A stretch of DNA of 64,000 bases from an uncultured archaeon. GTDB taxonomy: Archaea; Asgardarchaeota; Lokiarchaeia; Sigyniarchaeales; SOKP01. The stretch is from contig CAZBPC010000001.1 in NCBI GenBank assembly GCA_964493715.1, forward strand, positions 76,383-140,382, read 5' to 3'. Positions 1 through 10,330 of this stretch are shown here, piece after piece. Every line of letters begins with the position of its first letter. Position 1 is the first letter of the stretch. Below the pieces are notes generated by a model. That model searched no databases. It had not been told where the DNA came from and was given only the letters and a program-made list of their open reading frames with translations. The translations under genes and the position numbers were made by a program.

Positions 1-8
1 GTACTAGA

Positions 9-1175
9 GTGAGTGCACAATATGGAGCACGGGATCATATTTTCTTTTCGATGATCTCAACCACGCTAATCTTATTATATGAGAGATTTTTACTCACCTC
101 TGAAGGCTTTATACTTATCATCATTTTTTTTGCTGGCATGCTACTATTTTTGCTAATTGGCATGATTTATAGATTATTTCATGAAAATAACGCGGGATAT
201 ACATCAACTTTGTCCATGCTTCTAGCGATAATTGTTGGGATTTTAACATATTACACTGAATCCTTAGCAATTTCCATCTCTGTTATTTTCTTAATTATTC
301 TTTCGACGAAAAAACAGTTTTATAAAATCAGAAGCTTAAAAGATATAGAATGGACGGGAACCATAGAATTTATCGCAATTGTGGCGTTACTTTACATTTT
401 AATCCCAAATGATTTTTTATTATATGGTATTCAACTAAAGCCAATAATCATCATTTTCATAACAATTTTAATTGTCAAATACTTCAGTTACTTCATACTT
501 AGGAGCTCGATCGATAAAAATTTATATTACATCTCCTTATTAGGGGGTTTTGCTCACAGTGAAGCAACAACAGTGGAATTAGCTGAAGCGGGAGCATCAT
601 CTTCATCTGTGTGGCTGGTAATCCAGACAATGTTAATAAGAATGCTAATTGTTTTACTAATTACACCCACCTTAATGATATATGCAATATATCCAATTTT
701 AATTACATCAATTATTGGTTTATTTGGATCTTTCCTAATTTTAAGAAAAAAGGAGACCAAACTTGATCTATTAAAAGTTAAAAATCCGTTATCATTAAAA
801 GGAGCAATAGCTTTTGCTGGTACTTACATGCTCGCTCTCGCTGTATCAATTTTTTTAAGTTTTGTCGATCTAAACATAATTGTATATTATGTTGTTGTCT
901 TTATGATTGGTTTATTATCCGGTGGCGCTTCCTCCTTATTTGTTGTAACATCTTTCCAATCTCATTTAATAAGTTATGGTAATGCATTAATAATGTTGAC
1001 AATTGGCTTATCAGCGGCAATTCTCAATAAGATTTTTTACTCTACAAGGTCATTAAGGCAGGATAAGAATAAGAGGGTTTATTTAATCCACCTAATCTTC
1101 TATATAATCATCACAATAACCTTATTATCCCTAATGACCTACTTCACAATTATTATATTCAATCTCCCCCTTTAA
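9..1175 (+). CDS. MgtC/SapB-DUF4010 family multi-pass membrane protein (probably 5'-truncated by the window edge)
   Basis: Many hydrophobic segments; GARDHIFFSMIS resembles the MgtC 'G.RT..L' motif; LLGGFAHSEATT and KNPLSLKGAIAFA resemble DUF4010 motifs; the frame is open to the window start. Confidence 0.65.
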   Translation: MSAQYGARDHIFFSMISTTLILLYERFLLTSEGFILIIIFFAGMLLFLLIGMIYRLFHENNAGYTSTLSMLLAIIVGILTYYTESLAISISVIFLIILSTKKQFYKIRSLKDIEWTGTIEFIAIVALLYILIPNDFLLYGIQLKPIIIIFITILIVKYFSYFILRSSIDKNLYYISLLGGFAHSEATTVELAEAGASSSSVWLVIQTMLIRMLIVLLITPTLMIYAIYPILITSIIGLFGSFLILRKKETKLDLLKVKNPLSLKGAIAFAGTYMLALAVSIFLSFVDLNIIVYYVVVFMIGLLSGGASSLFVVTSFQSHLISYGNALIMLTIGLSAAILNKIFYSTRSLRQDKNKRVYLIHLIFYIIITITLLSLMTYFTIIIFNLPL

Positions 1176-1190
1176 AGTCTTGAGTATATC

Positions 1191-2273
1191 ATGGTAAAGT
1201 TAATTTGGGATAATAAAAAAACAAGTGAGGAATTCAAACCACTACAAAACTTCGATGATTATTTTAGTGAGATTCTCCTCCAAAAAAATCAAATTTCATC
1301 TGAAATAGACATAAATACTTCTAAATTGCTTTTTTGGGATGACAACCTACAAGTTCTTAATTATCTCATTTTTAAATTTAAGAAGAAGATAGATTTGATT
1401 TACATAGATCCACCATTCTTTTCGGGTACGAATTATATTGTAAAGATTGAACATAATGGAGAAAATTATGATTCAATCGCGTATCACGATCATTGGAATA
1501 AAGATCTTGATTCTTATTTGCAGATGCTTTATGAAAGAATAGTGCTTTTTAAAGAATTATTATCTGATAAGGGTTTATTATTCATACACCTTGATTGGCA
1601 TGCTAGCCACTATATTCGTGTATTGCTGGATGAAATTTTTGGAGAAAATCAATTTGTCAATAGTATTGTATGGTATTATTATAACAAATATTCTGCAGGT
1701 AAGCAAAATATACCAAGAGCTCATGATGATATCTTGTTATACTCTAAAACACAAAATTATTCTCTAAATGAGATAAGAATAGCTCGTGATAAAACAATAA
1801 AGCAGTTAAAAAGAGTCATGGTTAATGGAGTATTGAAAAACGCAAAGGATGAGAATGGTCATGTAATATATAGAAACGTATCAGATAAGAAAATGGATGA
1901 TGTATGGAAAATTCCTTGTATGCAACCCGCCTCAAAAGAATGGACGGGGTTTCCTACTCAAAAACATCATGAATTATTAAAAAGAATTCTTCTCTTAGGT
2001 AGTAATGAAGGAGATCTAATAGCAGATTTTTTTTGTGGTTCTGGAACAACACTTTTAACAGCAGAAAAGTTAAATCGGAGATGGATTGGATGTGATGTTT
2101 CAAGATTCGCAATATATCTTACCATTAAAAGAATAATTACCTATCAACAAAAATTTAGTAATGGGAAAGAACATAGAAATAAACTTCGAATTTTTGGACA
2201 TTTAACTGACGAGAAGTTACAAACCATTAATTCAGGGTTTTTTGAAAAAAATATAAAATTTAAAAGACATTAA
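1191..2273 (+). CDS. Site-specific DNA methyltransferase, N6-adenine/N4-cytosine, beta class
   Basis: Motif IV IYIDPPF precedes FPTQK and motif I DFFCGSGTT; no adjacent restriction endonuclease seen. Confidence 0.9.
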   Translation: MVKLIWDNKKTSEEFKPLQNFDDYFSEILLQKNQISSEIDINTSKLLFWDDNLQVLNYLIFKFKKKIDLIYIDPPFFSGTNYIVKIEHNGENYDSIAYHDHWNKDLDSYLQMLYERIVLFKELLSDKGLLFIHLDWHASHYIRVLLDEIFGENQFVNSIVWYYYNKYSAGKQNIPRAHDDILLYSKTQNYSLNEIRIARDKTIKQLKRVMVNGVLKNAKDENGHVIYRNVSDKKMDDVWKIPCMQPASKEWTGFPTQKHHELLKRILLLGSNEGDLIADFFCGSGTTLLTAEKLNRRWIGCDVSRFAIYLTIKRIITYQQKFSNGKEHRNKLRIFGHLTDEKLQTINSGFFEKNIKFKRH

Positions 2274-2281
2274 ATAGCTCT

Positions 2282-3724
2282 TTACCCATACTTGTTATGG
2301 TAAATCACATTCCAATTCAAGTAATGAAAGAGTGCTTCATAAACAATATCTCCCACTTCATTTAAAGTAGCAGCTACGTGATGGGCAAAGCCTTCCTTAC
2401 ATAATGTTTTTAGTAAGGATTGTAAACGAGGTATTTCGACAACGCCGAAACCACCAAAAGTCTCTAAAGGATCATCAGTGTATTTCCCATCAACTAATAA
2501 CGCTTTCATTTCTCCGTAATTATCATCAGTTTCTATTCTCAATAGCGTGCAAGGTTTTGACTTTATTCTCCCTTGAATTGCGCCAAAAGTTACCTCTGCT
2601 CCTTTTTGATCTGCTATAATGGGATGTATTGTCATGCGCGTATCTTTAAAGAATGATTTAGGGAGGTTACTGCAATGGAATAAAACCATTTTATCTGGAT
2701 CCTCTCCATAATTATTATTCCAATCTAATATTGCTGAAGGATTCTCGGATGCTACTTGTAAAATGTACATTCCAATCAAACCAGAGATGTCAACTTCGCA
2801 AGCAGCAGGAACTAATCCTTCGCTAAACATCGACATGACTGCACATGGTACAATGCCAAAATTATCCTGTATGGAAGGCCAACATTGGAAAGCAAATCCG
2901 TCTAAATCATTTTCTATAACCCAATTTTCGACAACAACAGCAAGTTTTGCTAGTTTTAGTAACCCATCTTCAGGAAAATTCACTGTTGGAGTGTAATCTT
3001 TGATAAATTGTATTTTCTGTTGAATTTTTGGATCAACATCTTTTAAGCGATTAATCATGCCAAAGATTTCAGACAAGTCAATGGGTTCTATGGTAATGCC
3101 ATTAAATTGTAAGATTTTTTCACTATAACGAACTGTTTCAAATGCATTCGGTCTTGTCCCGATTTGACCAAACCTAGCGTATTTTAACTTTTTTACAATC
3201 TTACATATGCCTTCAAATCGTTTGATATCTAATTTGAAATCTTTAGATGTTATTGGAGTTGTGTGCGTCTTCGTTAGTGTAAATGGAATACCATGCTGAT
3301 ACAGTACGCTACATACAGATATTTTTCCGCAAAATGCGTCTCTTCTGTATTTTCGATTCATTTTTTCAATTTCGTCCGAAGATGCTTGAATAAGGATTGG
3401 TACATTCAATTCTGATAGTTTTAAAGTATTTGATACGGCTTTCTCGTCACCAAAATTGCAAAGGCACAAAATTATTCCCAAAATTTTATCAGAATTTTTT
3501 TTAAAAAGTTTAGCACACTTTTTTGAATCTGAGTATGTCTCAACTGCTCCTAATGGTGTATCTTCTTCATTTAAAATGACATAGCTATATCCTAATTCAT
3601 TCATTACATCTATTATATCATTTCTACCCTCTTGTACTAAATGATCTGGAAATACATCTCGATTCCCAACTATTATTCCAAACGTAGGTCGTTCCAATTT
3701 ATCTCTTTTATCAATGAAAGACAT
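2282..3724 (-). CDS. L-fucose/L-arabinose isomerase family protein
   Basis: NFGDE, RRDAFCGKISVC, QCWP, ACEVD, FHCSN and GFAHHVA motifs; ATG at 3724 preferred over TTG at 3736. Confidence 0.85.
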   Translation of the reverse strand: MSFIDKRDKLERPTFGIIVGNRDVFPDHLVQEGRNDIIDVMNELGYSYVILNEEDTPLGAVETYSDSKKCAKLFKKNSDKILGIILCLCNFGDEKAVSNTLKLSELNVPILIQASSDEIEKMNRKYRRDAFCGKISVCSVLYQHGIPFTLTKTHTTPITSKDFKLDIKRFEGICKIVKKLKYARFGQIGTRPNAFETVRYSEKILQFNGITIEPIDLSEIFGMINRLKDVDPKIQQKIQFIKDYTPTVNFPEDGLLKLAKLAVVVENWVIENDLDGFAFQCWPSIQDNFGIVPCAVMSMFSEGLVPAACEVDISGLIGMYILQVASENPSAILDWNNNYGEDPDKMVLFHCSNLPKSFFKDTRMTIHPIIADQKGAEVTFGAIQGRIKSKPCTLLRIETDDNYGEMKALLVDGKYTDDPLETFGGFGVVEIPRLQSLLKTLCKEGFAHHVAATLNEVGDIVYEALFHYLNWNVIYHNKYG

Positions 3725-3841
3725 AAGTATTTTCAAATTTTTAAAATTAAAAAGTTTATTTCTTTCAGTTCCAAAGGAATAAGTTAGTTTATTTGTTCTT
3801 TTAGAGTTTATGTCCTTAAATCTCCTCGAGAATTAAAAAAA

Positions 3842-5101
3842 TTAGCTCCGATAATCTACACGAGGAAGTTTTTCGATTGCATAAGGAAGTCGAGCATCTT
3901 CAGGGATTGGATCGATATAGAATCGACGGAATTGAGGGTTTTGCATCCTACAGAATGTGCTTCTATGATCATATGCTGGATGATAGATCATTGATTTCCA
4001 AATTTTCTTTAAAGGTTGATCACGGATATTACCAAAAGAAAGTGGCGTAAAATCACAAGGTGCAATATCTCCATAAGCTGATGCATAGAATTGTATATTT
4101 CCTGCTAGACAACCTATTCCAGATAAGTTACCTTCCACAGAATTCTGCCACGATTGAGATGAAAGAGGAGGTATAACTGCTTGCTTAAATATCTTAGAAG
4201 AATAAGTATAAATTTCTTCTCGCAGTTCTTGAGTTAGAAGTTCACTCGTATCTTTTAACATATTACCTGTAGGTACTCCATCAAAAAGAATTACATTATG
4301 AACTCCAATTTCTTTCGCTAGATTATGTAACTTTTTATACATCCCTTTTTCGGTGGCCGAACGGGTTGCATAGGAAGAAAGACCTACGAATACACCTTTT
4401 GATTTTAATCTCTGGATCCCCTTCATGGCAGTGTCAAATAGTCCGGGCATTCCTCTCAAGCTATCATGCTCTTCTGGAATCGGGCTATCAATACTTACAA
4501 AAATAGAGTAAAGTCCTGCTTCGACTAATTTGTCCACATTTTCATCTGTAAGTAGCAATCCGTTAGTGAACATGATGGGCATTGCCTTTTTTTTGTTTAC
4601 ATGAGAGATTAATTCAAAAAGATCCTCTCGCAGTAAAGGTTCTCCTCCAGTAAAAGCGATAATCGTAACGCCCAGCTTTTGGCTATCGTCGATGAGCTTT
4701 TTTGCTTCTTCCGTGCTAAGTTCTTGTGCATCTTCTTTAAAATGTTTTCCAGCACTACAATGAACACATTTGCACATGCATCTATAGGTTACGGCGAAAG
4801 TCATTGCAATAGGAGAAGGATGCCCTAAAATGTGAGACTTTATTAACCCTTTGAACGCCCGAAGTTGAGGAAGACTTCCAACAGGAGGGGCAAAAGTGTT
4901 TGCTACTAATTTTCCTTTCCATCTTCCCAGATTGTTATATTTCCTGTAAAAACCTGCTTGCAAATAGAGCATTATGAATAGGCGTAATTTTTCAAGGATT
5001 GGATTTAAAATGCCCGTGCCAATAATCTTACCATCCTCAAGCTTCTTGAAACTTATTAATTTCGTATTGAAAATTTTCAAGTATATTTGTTCTTTTATCA
5101 T
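3842..5101 (-). CDS. Radical SAM protein with C-terminal SPASM/twitch domain
   Basis: CMCKCVHC (CxxxCxxC), FTGGEPLLR, GCLAG...GDIAPCDF. Confidence 0.9.
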   Translation of the reverse strand: MIKEQIYLKIFNTKLISFKKLEDGKIIGTGILNPILEKLRLFIMLYLQAGFYRKYNNLGRWKGKLVANTFAPPVGSLPQLRAFKGLIKSHILGHPSPIAMTFAVTYRCMCKCVHCSAGKHFKEDAQELSTEEAKKLIDDSQKLGVTIIAFTGGEPLLREDLFELISHVNKKKAMPIMFTNGLLLTDENVDKLVEAGLYSIFVSIDSPIPEEHDSLRGMPGLFDTAMKGIQRLKSKGVFVGLSSYATRSATEKGMYKKLHNLAKEIGVHNVILFDGVPTGNMLKDTSELLTQELREEIYTYSSKIFKQAVIPPLSSQSWQNSVEGNLSGIGCLAGNIQFYASAYGDIAPCDFTPLSFGNIRDQPLKKIWKSMIYHPAYDHRSTFCRMQNPQFRRFYIDPIPEDARLPYAIEKLPRVDYRS

Positions 5102-5314
5102 TAAATATCAGTACTCCTATTCATTTTGTTTAACTACATTTTTAATTAATTAATTGATTAATAAATTAATTAGGTTCTGTAATTTATTAGGGTTTGTATT
5201 TATTATGGTTTTGATATAAAAACATACATCAAATAATCTGTTTTGTGGTATTTAGAGTTATTTTTAAGAAAATTTATAATTAGTTTTATTAACTTTTTAA
5301 ATTCTCTATCATTT

Positions 5315-6205
5315 TTAACCTATTTGTTCAATTTCTGCTTGTCGTTTTCCTAAGATAAAAGAACTTAAAATGATGAGACTAACTCCAAGGATAAAAAAAA
5401 CAAGAGAGGTAATTGAAGAAATTATCACTATAAACACAAAGAAATAGAGAATTGAAGGAGTTAATTGAACAGGAACGTTCTGAATTGGAGCGAGAAAGCT
5501 AGCTTTACCACTTCTAAAAGCTTGTGACATTTTAATAACCCCTAAAATGTTTGCTATTATTAGAATAACCGAAGATATGATAAATAAAAGAAGAGTTTCA
5601 ATAAAAAAATAACCTCCAAACATATTGCCTAGCGACCATATGAAAGGGGCTATCCAAAAATTATTCAATGATAACATTAAGCCAGATATCAACGCTAATA
5701 AAATTACTCTGAAACGTGAAATTTTTGCTTGAATTATTTGAAAAATTATTGCAATTAAAGCTAAACTTCCCGTCGATATAAACATTCTAGCTAAAAAATG
5801 AGGATCTAACAAGTTTTCCCCGCTTATTTCAATAGAGAGCCCGCTCAGTCCTATAAACGTTACAGCCATAATCATCACGATTATTGCAAAAATTTCCATA
5901 TAATTAAGTTTTTCACCGAGAAGATGAACAGATCCAATTGCTAATACGATTAACCCGGATGCCATCAAACCGGGGATAATTGCAGGTCCAATGATTATTT
6001 GTGCAAAAACAAATAAGAGTGAACCAATACCAAACCTAACGAATATTGCGAAAAGCCATAAAGGTTCTTTAATCAGAGTTTTCATTAACTTTGCTTCATC
6101 CGGCATTTTGTTAATAACATGTTTCTCAAGGATTAATCCTGAGTAATGTGAAAATCCCCCCAATATTGCCAATATTACTCCAATCCAATAGATTGCTGGT
6201 TCCAT
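5315..6205 (-). CDS. DMT/EamA-like (NIPA-like) membrane transporter
   Basis: About 9 transmembrane segments; 'L.EPLW', 'LLGEKL' and 'QAFRSG.AS..AP' patterns typical of the DMT superfamily. Confidence 0.65.
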   Translation of the reverse strand: MEPAIYWIGVILAILGGFSHYSGLILEKHVINKMPDEAKLMKTLIKEPLWLFAIFVRFGIGSLLFVFAQIIIGPAIIPGLMASGLIVLAIGSVHLLGEKLNYMEIFAIIVMIMAVTFIGLSGLSIEISGENLLDPHFLARMFISTGSLALIAIIFQIIQAKISRFRVILLALISGLMLSLNNFWIAPFIWSLGNMFGGYFFIETLLLFIISSVILIIANILGVIKMSQAFRSGKASFLAPIQNVPVQLTPSILYFFVFIVIISSITSLVFFILGVSLIILSSFILGKRQAEIEQIG

Positions 6206-6218
6206 GAGAAATTACCAA

Positions 6219-6875
6219 TTAGATTTTTTCAAAGATACCAAAAACAAAACTGAAATTTTCAACCCAATTCCGTCGTTGTGTAAAGAATGGTAATAAAGAG
6301 CTATATAGTGCAAGTTTTTTAAATCCGCACGAAGTTATCAAAGCTTCAATTTCATCAACCGATTTTATGAAAATATGTGTTTTATCTGAAGCAAAAAATA
6401 GATTATATACAATTTTACTTATTTTACCACTAACTGTAGGAATTTCTAAACAAAATAATCCCCCATCATTTAATTGCGCATGGATGTTTTTTAACGCCTT
6501 GCTAGGGTCTATTAAATGCTCAACAACAGAAATAGCTGTTATGATATCAAACTTCATATCAAAAGGAATTCGATCCTCTAAGTTTCCTTGCTTATATTCA
6601 CAATCAACTCGTTTACTTGCTACTTTTATGGCATGATTAGAGATATCCATTCCATAATTGGTAAAATCATCTTTTAAAATATTTAAGAAGTGCCCATATC
6701 CACATCCAATATCTAACAGAGTGTTATGAAATGTCGAATGAGCTTTTATCTTATTTTTATATTTTTTTGAACGCCACAGATTTAATTTTACTAAGACATC
6801 ATACCCTAGAGATTTTGAGAAGTGAGAATCCTCTCCTTCAAAATATTCCCTTTCAAATTTGCTATTATTGCTCAC
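6219..6875 (-). CDS. Class I SAM-dependent methyltransferase
   Basis: LLDIGCGYG, FDII..SVVEHL.DP, LNDGG motifs. Confidence 0.9.
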   Translation of the reverse strand: MSNNSKFEREYFEGEDSHFSKSLGYDVLVKLNLWRSKKYKNKIKAHSTFHNTLLDIGCGYGHFLNILKDDFTNYGMDISNHAIKVASKRVDCEYKQGNLEDRIPFDMKFDIITAISVVEHLIDPSKALKNIHAQLNDGGLFCLEIPTVSGKISKIVYNLFFASDKTHIFIKSVDEIEALITSCGFKKLALYSSLLPFFTQRRNWVENFSFVFGIFEKI

Positions 6876-6990
6876 ATCTATTGTTATATTGGTTGTAATA
6901 AAAAATTTGCGTAGTATTGGTTAAAGATAATTATGAAATAATTTGTTTAGAATCAGTTAATTTTTTTTCCAATTAATTATATTGAAAAAT

Positions 6991-8079
6991 ATGAACATTC
7001 TTTTTATTGAAAATTTTAATCTTTTTAAAAAATTAACGAGTGTTAAGACGATAGGTGGAATTGAAACAAATACAAATGATATAATAAAAGATCTTCGTCA
7101 AAAAGGTCATAAAATCTGGATATTAAACAGAGGTGTGAAACCTAAGTGGGTGGAGAAAGAACAAGTTAACATTATTGCAGCTTCCACATTCGATCCAATT
7201 ACTTATTTTCAAATTAGCAAGTATAAGAAAAAATATAAAACTGCTGCGGTAGTTATTCATGGTCATACAACAGTTGAAGACTTAGCTGGGAATTTTGTAC
7301 CTGATAAACCAATTTTTAACAAGATTTTCAAATACTGGCTAAAACTTTTGTACGGTCAAGCACACTTATTGATTACACCAAGTGAATTTTCTAAGGAGTG
7401 TTTAATGAATATTCAGACTTCTTTGACTTATCCTATATATGTTGTAAGTAATGGAATATGTATTGAAGAATTCAAAGAAAATAGTAATTATAGAACCAAT
7501 TTTAGAAGATTTCTCTCTCAACAATATGGTATATCTGAAGATTCAGTGGTTATTATAAATGTAGGTTTAAGTTGGAGGAAGAAAGGTGTTAAGACTTTTG
7601 GAGAGATCGCTAAGAAACTTCCAGAATATTATTTTGTCTGGGTTGGTCCAATAAACAAAAATCCTGAAATTGATGAGGTAATAAAGCTAAATAACGTGAT
7701 ATTTACAGGATTTTATGATGATATCAGAGAGGCATATTATGGTGCAGATTTATTATTAAACACATCTTGGGTAGAAAATCAAGGAATTCCTATTATAGAA
7801 GCAGCAATTTGCAAATTACCTATTGTTGCTAGAGATTTATCCGCATTTGATTGGGTTTCTCATGACCATTCTTGTTATAAAGCTCAAGATGTAGATGAAT
7901 TTGTTGAAGGTATTAACAAAATCGTCTCAAATTCAAATTTTAGAAAAAAAATCGTTGAAAATGCTTGTGGGGATGCTAAGAAGTTACATGATTTTGATAA
8001 AATTGGCGAGAAAGTCGAGAAATTATATATTAGGGCGATTAAAGTAAAAAAAATATGGGATCGTAAGCGAAATAAATAA
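6991..8079 (+). CDS. Glycosyltransferase family 4 (GT-B)
   Basis: GGIE, PSEFSK, VSNGI, RKKG and ENQGIPIIEAA (Ex7E) motifs; ATG at 6991 (ORF track starts at TTG 6982). Confidence 0.9.
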   Translation: MNILFIENFNLFKKLTSVKTIGGIETNTNDIIKDLRQKGHKIWILNRGVKPKWVEKEQVNIIAASTFDPITYFQISKYKKKYKTAAVVIHGHTTVEDLAGNFVPDKPIFNKIFKYWLKLLYGQAHLLITPSEFSKECLMNIQTSLTYPIYVVSNGICIEEFKENSNYRTNFRRFLSQQYGISEDSVVIINVGLSWRKKGVKTFGEIAKKLPEYYFVWVGPINKNPEIDEVIKLNNVIFTGFYDDIREAYYGADLLLNTSWVENQGIPIIEAAICKLPIVARDLSAFDWVSHDHSCYKAQDVDEFVEGINKIVSNSNFRKKIVENACGDAKKLHDFDKIGEKVEKLYIRAIKVKKIWDRKRNK

Positions 8080-8131
8080 ACATAATGATTAATTTTGTAA
8101 AAATTAGAAGGAATGAGAGAAAATCATATCA

Positions 8132-9418
8132 ATGAGCTGTCAAAACCTAATAAAGAATACTACAGAAAAATTGAAGAGTCTTTGGCGCATACCAATATTT
8201 AAATACGCTGTTATTATTCACCTTCTCTATTTTATTATTTCTACTATCCTAACTCTTGTTTTTTTCCGATATCAGAATGACTTTTTGGTATATTATCAAG
8301 CCGGTGGAACTGCTCTTAACAATTATATAGAATTGTATAATCCTGCTAATTACATTTGGCCTTTTAGATATTTTCCCTTGGCTGCTTTTTACTTTATTCC
8401 CTTTTATTTGATGGGATTTGATTTGGGATTCATACTCTTTAATTTCGCTAACCTAATCTTGAATATAATAATCTCTATTTATCTTTATAAGGTTATCAAG
8501 TTAATGCGCCGAGAAGATCATGAAGACAATGATGATCGAATTATTGTCTATATTTGTATATTTTTATTGAGCCTTCCTCAGCTGTTTAACTATTTTCTTG
8601 GTCAAATAAATTTGTATATCACATTTTTTATAATCTTTTCCCTATATTTATTTTTGAAGAATGACCAGATAAAAATGCAGTTTTTGGCTAGTTTAATATT
8701 AGGTGTTAGCGGAATATTCAAACCTATTACGATTTTCATGGTTCCCTTTCTCATTTTAAGTCATTATAGTTATAATGAAAAAAAATTTAAGTTTGAACTC
8801 AAAAGGAGTCTCATCAGGACTATTGGTATTTTACTTCCCCTAGCGATTAATGGCATTATATTTGTGTTATATCCTAAATTATGTCAAGATTTTATCGCAA
8901 TAAATATTACAGGAGAAACAAATACCTTGATCAATTATTCGTTTAGTATAACCAAATTGGGTACAAACTTTTTATTTTTCATAGGAGTTCCTGCAAATTT
9001 ACTCATACAATATCAATTATATTTATTCATTCCCATTTTACTTATAATTGGAGGTATAAGTTTCTTCATATTTATTTTTCGCCGAGTTTCTCGCAATGCA
9101 GTGATTTATGGATATACTTTTGGCATCCTATTAATGTTACTTACTTATTTTGATTCTTGGAATCATCATCTATTAATTTTAACTCCATTATTATCTATTA
9201 TCCTATTTGATTTACCACGAAATTCAGAAATTTCTAGAAAATACATCAAACCCAGCATATTTTTCTTTAGCTTCTTTGATATAATATTTATGGGGGTGTT
9301 TCTCCTAACTCAACCATTCTTTCCGTTCAATTTTGCGAGTACAATATTCCTAATATTATCATTTTATGGGATTATCAGAATTATGCTAAAGATACAAAAT
9401 AATAATGATCAAAGTTAA
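8132..9418 (+). CDS. GT-C membrane glycosyltransferase (GT87/DUF2029-like)
   Basis: DFLVYYQAG...LY, FRYFP, GQIN, FKP and SWNHH motifs in a multi-TM protein. Confidence 0.8.
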   Translation: MSCQNLIKNTTEKLKSLWRIPIFKYAVIIHLLYFIISTILTLVFFRYQNDFLVYYQAGGTALNNYIELYNPANYIWPFRYFPLAAFYFIPFYLMGFDLGFILFNFANLILNIIISIYLYKVIKLMRREDHEDNDDRIIVYICIFLLSLPQLFNYFLGQINLYITFFIIFSLYLFLKNDQIKMQFLASLILGVSGIFKPITIFMVPFLILSHYSYNEKKFKFELKRSLIRTIGILLPLAINGIIFVLYPKLCQDFIAINITGETNTLINYSFSITKLGTNFLFFIGVPANLLIQYQLYLFIPILLIIGGISFFIFIFRRVSRNAVIYGYTFGILLMLLTYFDSWNHHLLILTPLLSIILFDLPRNSEISRKYIKPSIFFFSFFDIIFMGVFLLTQPFFPFNFASTIFLILSFYGIIRIMLKIQNNNDQS

Positions 9419-9476
9419 ATAATTAGGTTCCTAAAATTAATTGAATTCAAGATTAAAAGAAAGAAATAAATCCACA

Positions 9477-10181
9477 ATGTTTGAATATTTTATAATTTTT
9501 CTTCCAGCATTTCTACTTGGTATTCTTCATACAGTAATTCCTTGTGAGGATAAAGCAATTTTTTTTTTCTGGTCTTTTGGTATTTCTAAGACCCCGAGAA
9601 GAAGTTTAAATATCTTAGTTCTCTATGGGTTTGGATTGATTTCTGCAAATCTTATAATTGCGATGGGTACAGTTTTACTTAGCGTAATTCCGCGGCTGAT
9701 TGCTCCCGGTTTAATTTTTAATCCTTACGCTATTAATTTCTTCGGAGCACTTGTTTCCATGTTAGCTGGTATTTACTTATTATTCTTTGTTAAAACAAGA
9801 AATTACATGCCTCATTCCAAGCAATCAAAGGATATCGGTAAATTAGATTGGGAAAAAAATAAGACTCCCTTTTTATTTGGGATTCTTGCAGGTTTTGCAC
9901 CATGCATTTTTGAATTGATTATCTATTCTCAATGCTTGCAATATTCGTTATCATTCGGATTCATTGAGGGAGTATTAGTAGTATTTTATTTCTCCTTAGG
10001 AACTTTCTTGGGATTATTTCCACTTGCTTTAGCTAAGTATGGAACATCTCAAATAGTAAAGTCAAAAGAAACCAGGAAGGATACCGTTTTTATTTTAATG
10101 ATATTGATCATCATAGTCTTTAACGCGGTTGTTATGATTTTATCATTTTTCAAGATTTCTGTATTTCCTTTGAACATTTAA
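9477..10181 (+). CDS. DsbD_2/UreH/NicO-like membrane protein (metal or sulfite transport related)
   Basis: LGILHTVIPC, GILAGFAPC and FSLGT motifs; about 6 TM; ATG at 9477 preferred. Confidence 0.65.
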   Translation: MFEYFIIFLPAFLLGILHTVIPCEDKAIFFFWSFGISKTPRRSLNILVLYGFGLISANLIIAMGTVLLSVIPRLIAPGLIFNPYAINFFGALVSMLAGIYLLFFVKTRNYMPHSKQSKDIGKLDWEKNKTPFLFGILAGFAPCIFELIIYSQCLQYSLSFGFIEGVLVVFYFSLGTFLGLFPLALAKYGTSQIVKSKETRKDTVFILMILIIIVFNAVVMILSFFKISVFPLNI

Positions 10182-10330
10182 TTTTATCCGTGAGAAGGAA
10201 AAACTTAAAAATTTATTCACCATTCACTTTCAAGAAAAATGAAAAATGGTCTATAATAATTATTTATAACCGGATTTTTTTATATATTATAACCTAAATC
10301 ATAATTAGAAACATTTTAGGAGTCGTTCAA

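Noticed and set aside
1191-2273. Restriction-modification system
   Set aside because: No endonuclease or specificity gene is adjacent; it appears to be an orphan methyltransferase.
5140-5175. AATT/TTAA repeats in the intergenic spacer
   Set aside because: Low-complexity AT sequence expected at this base composition.
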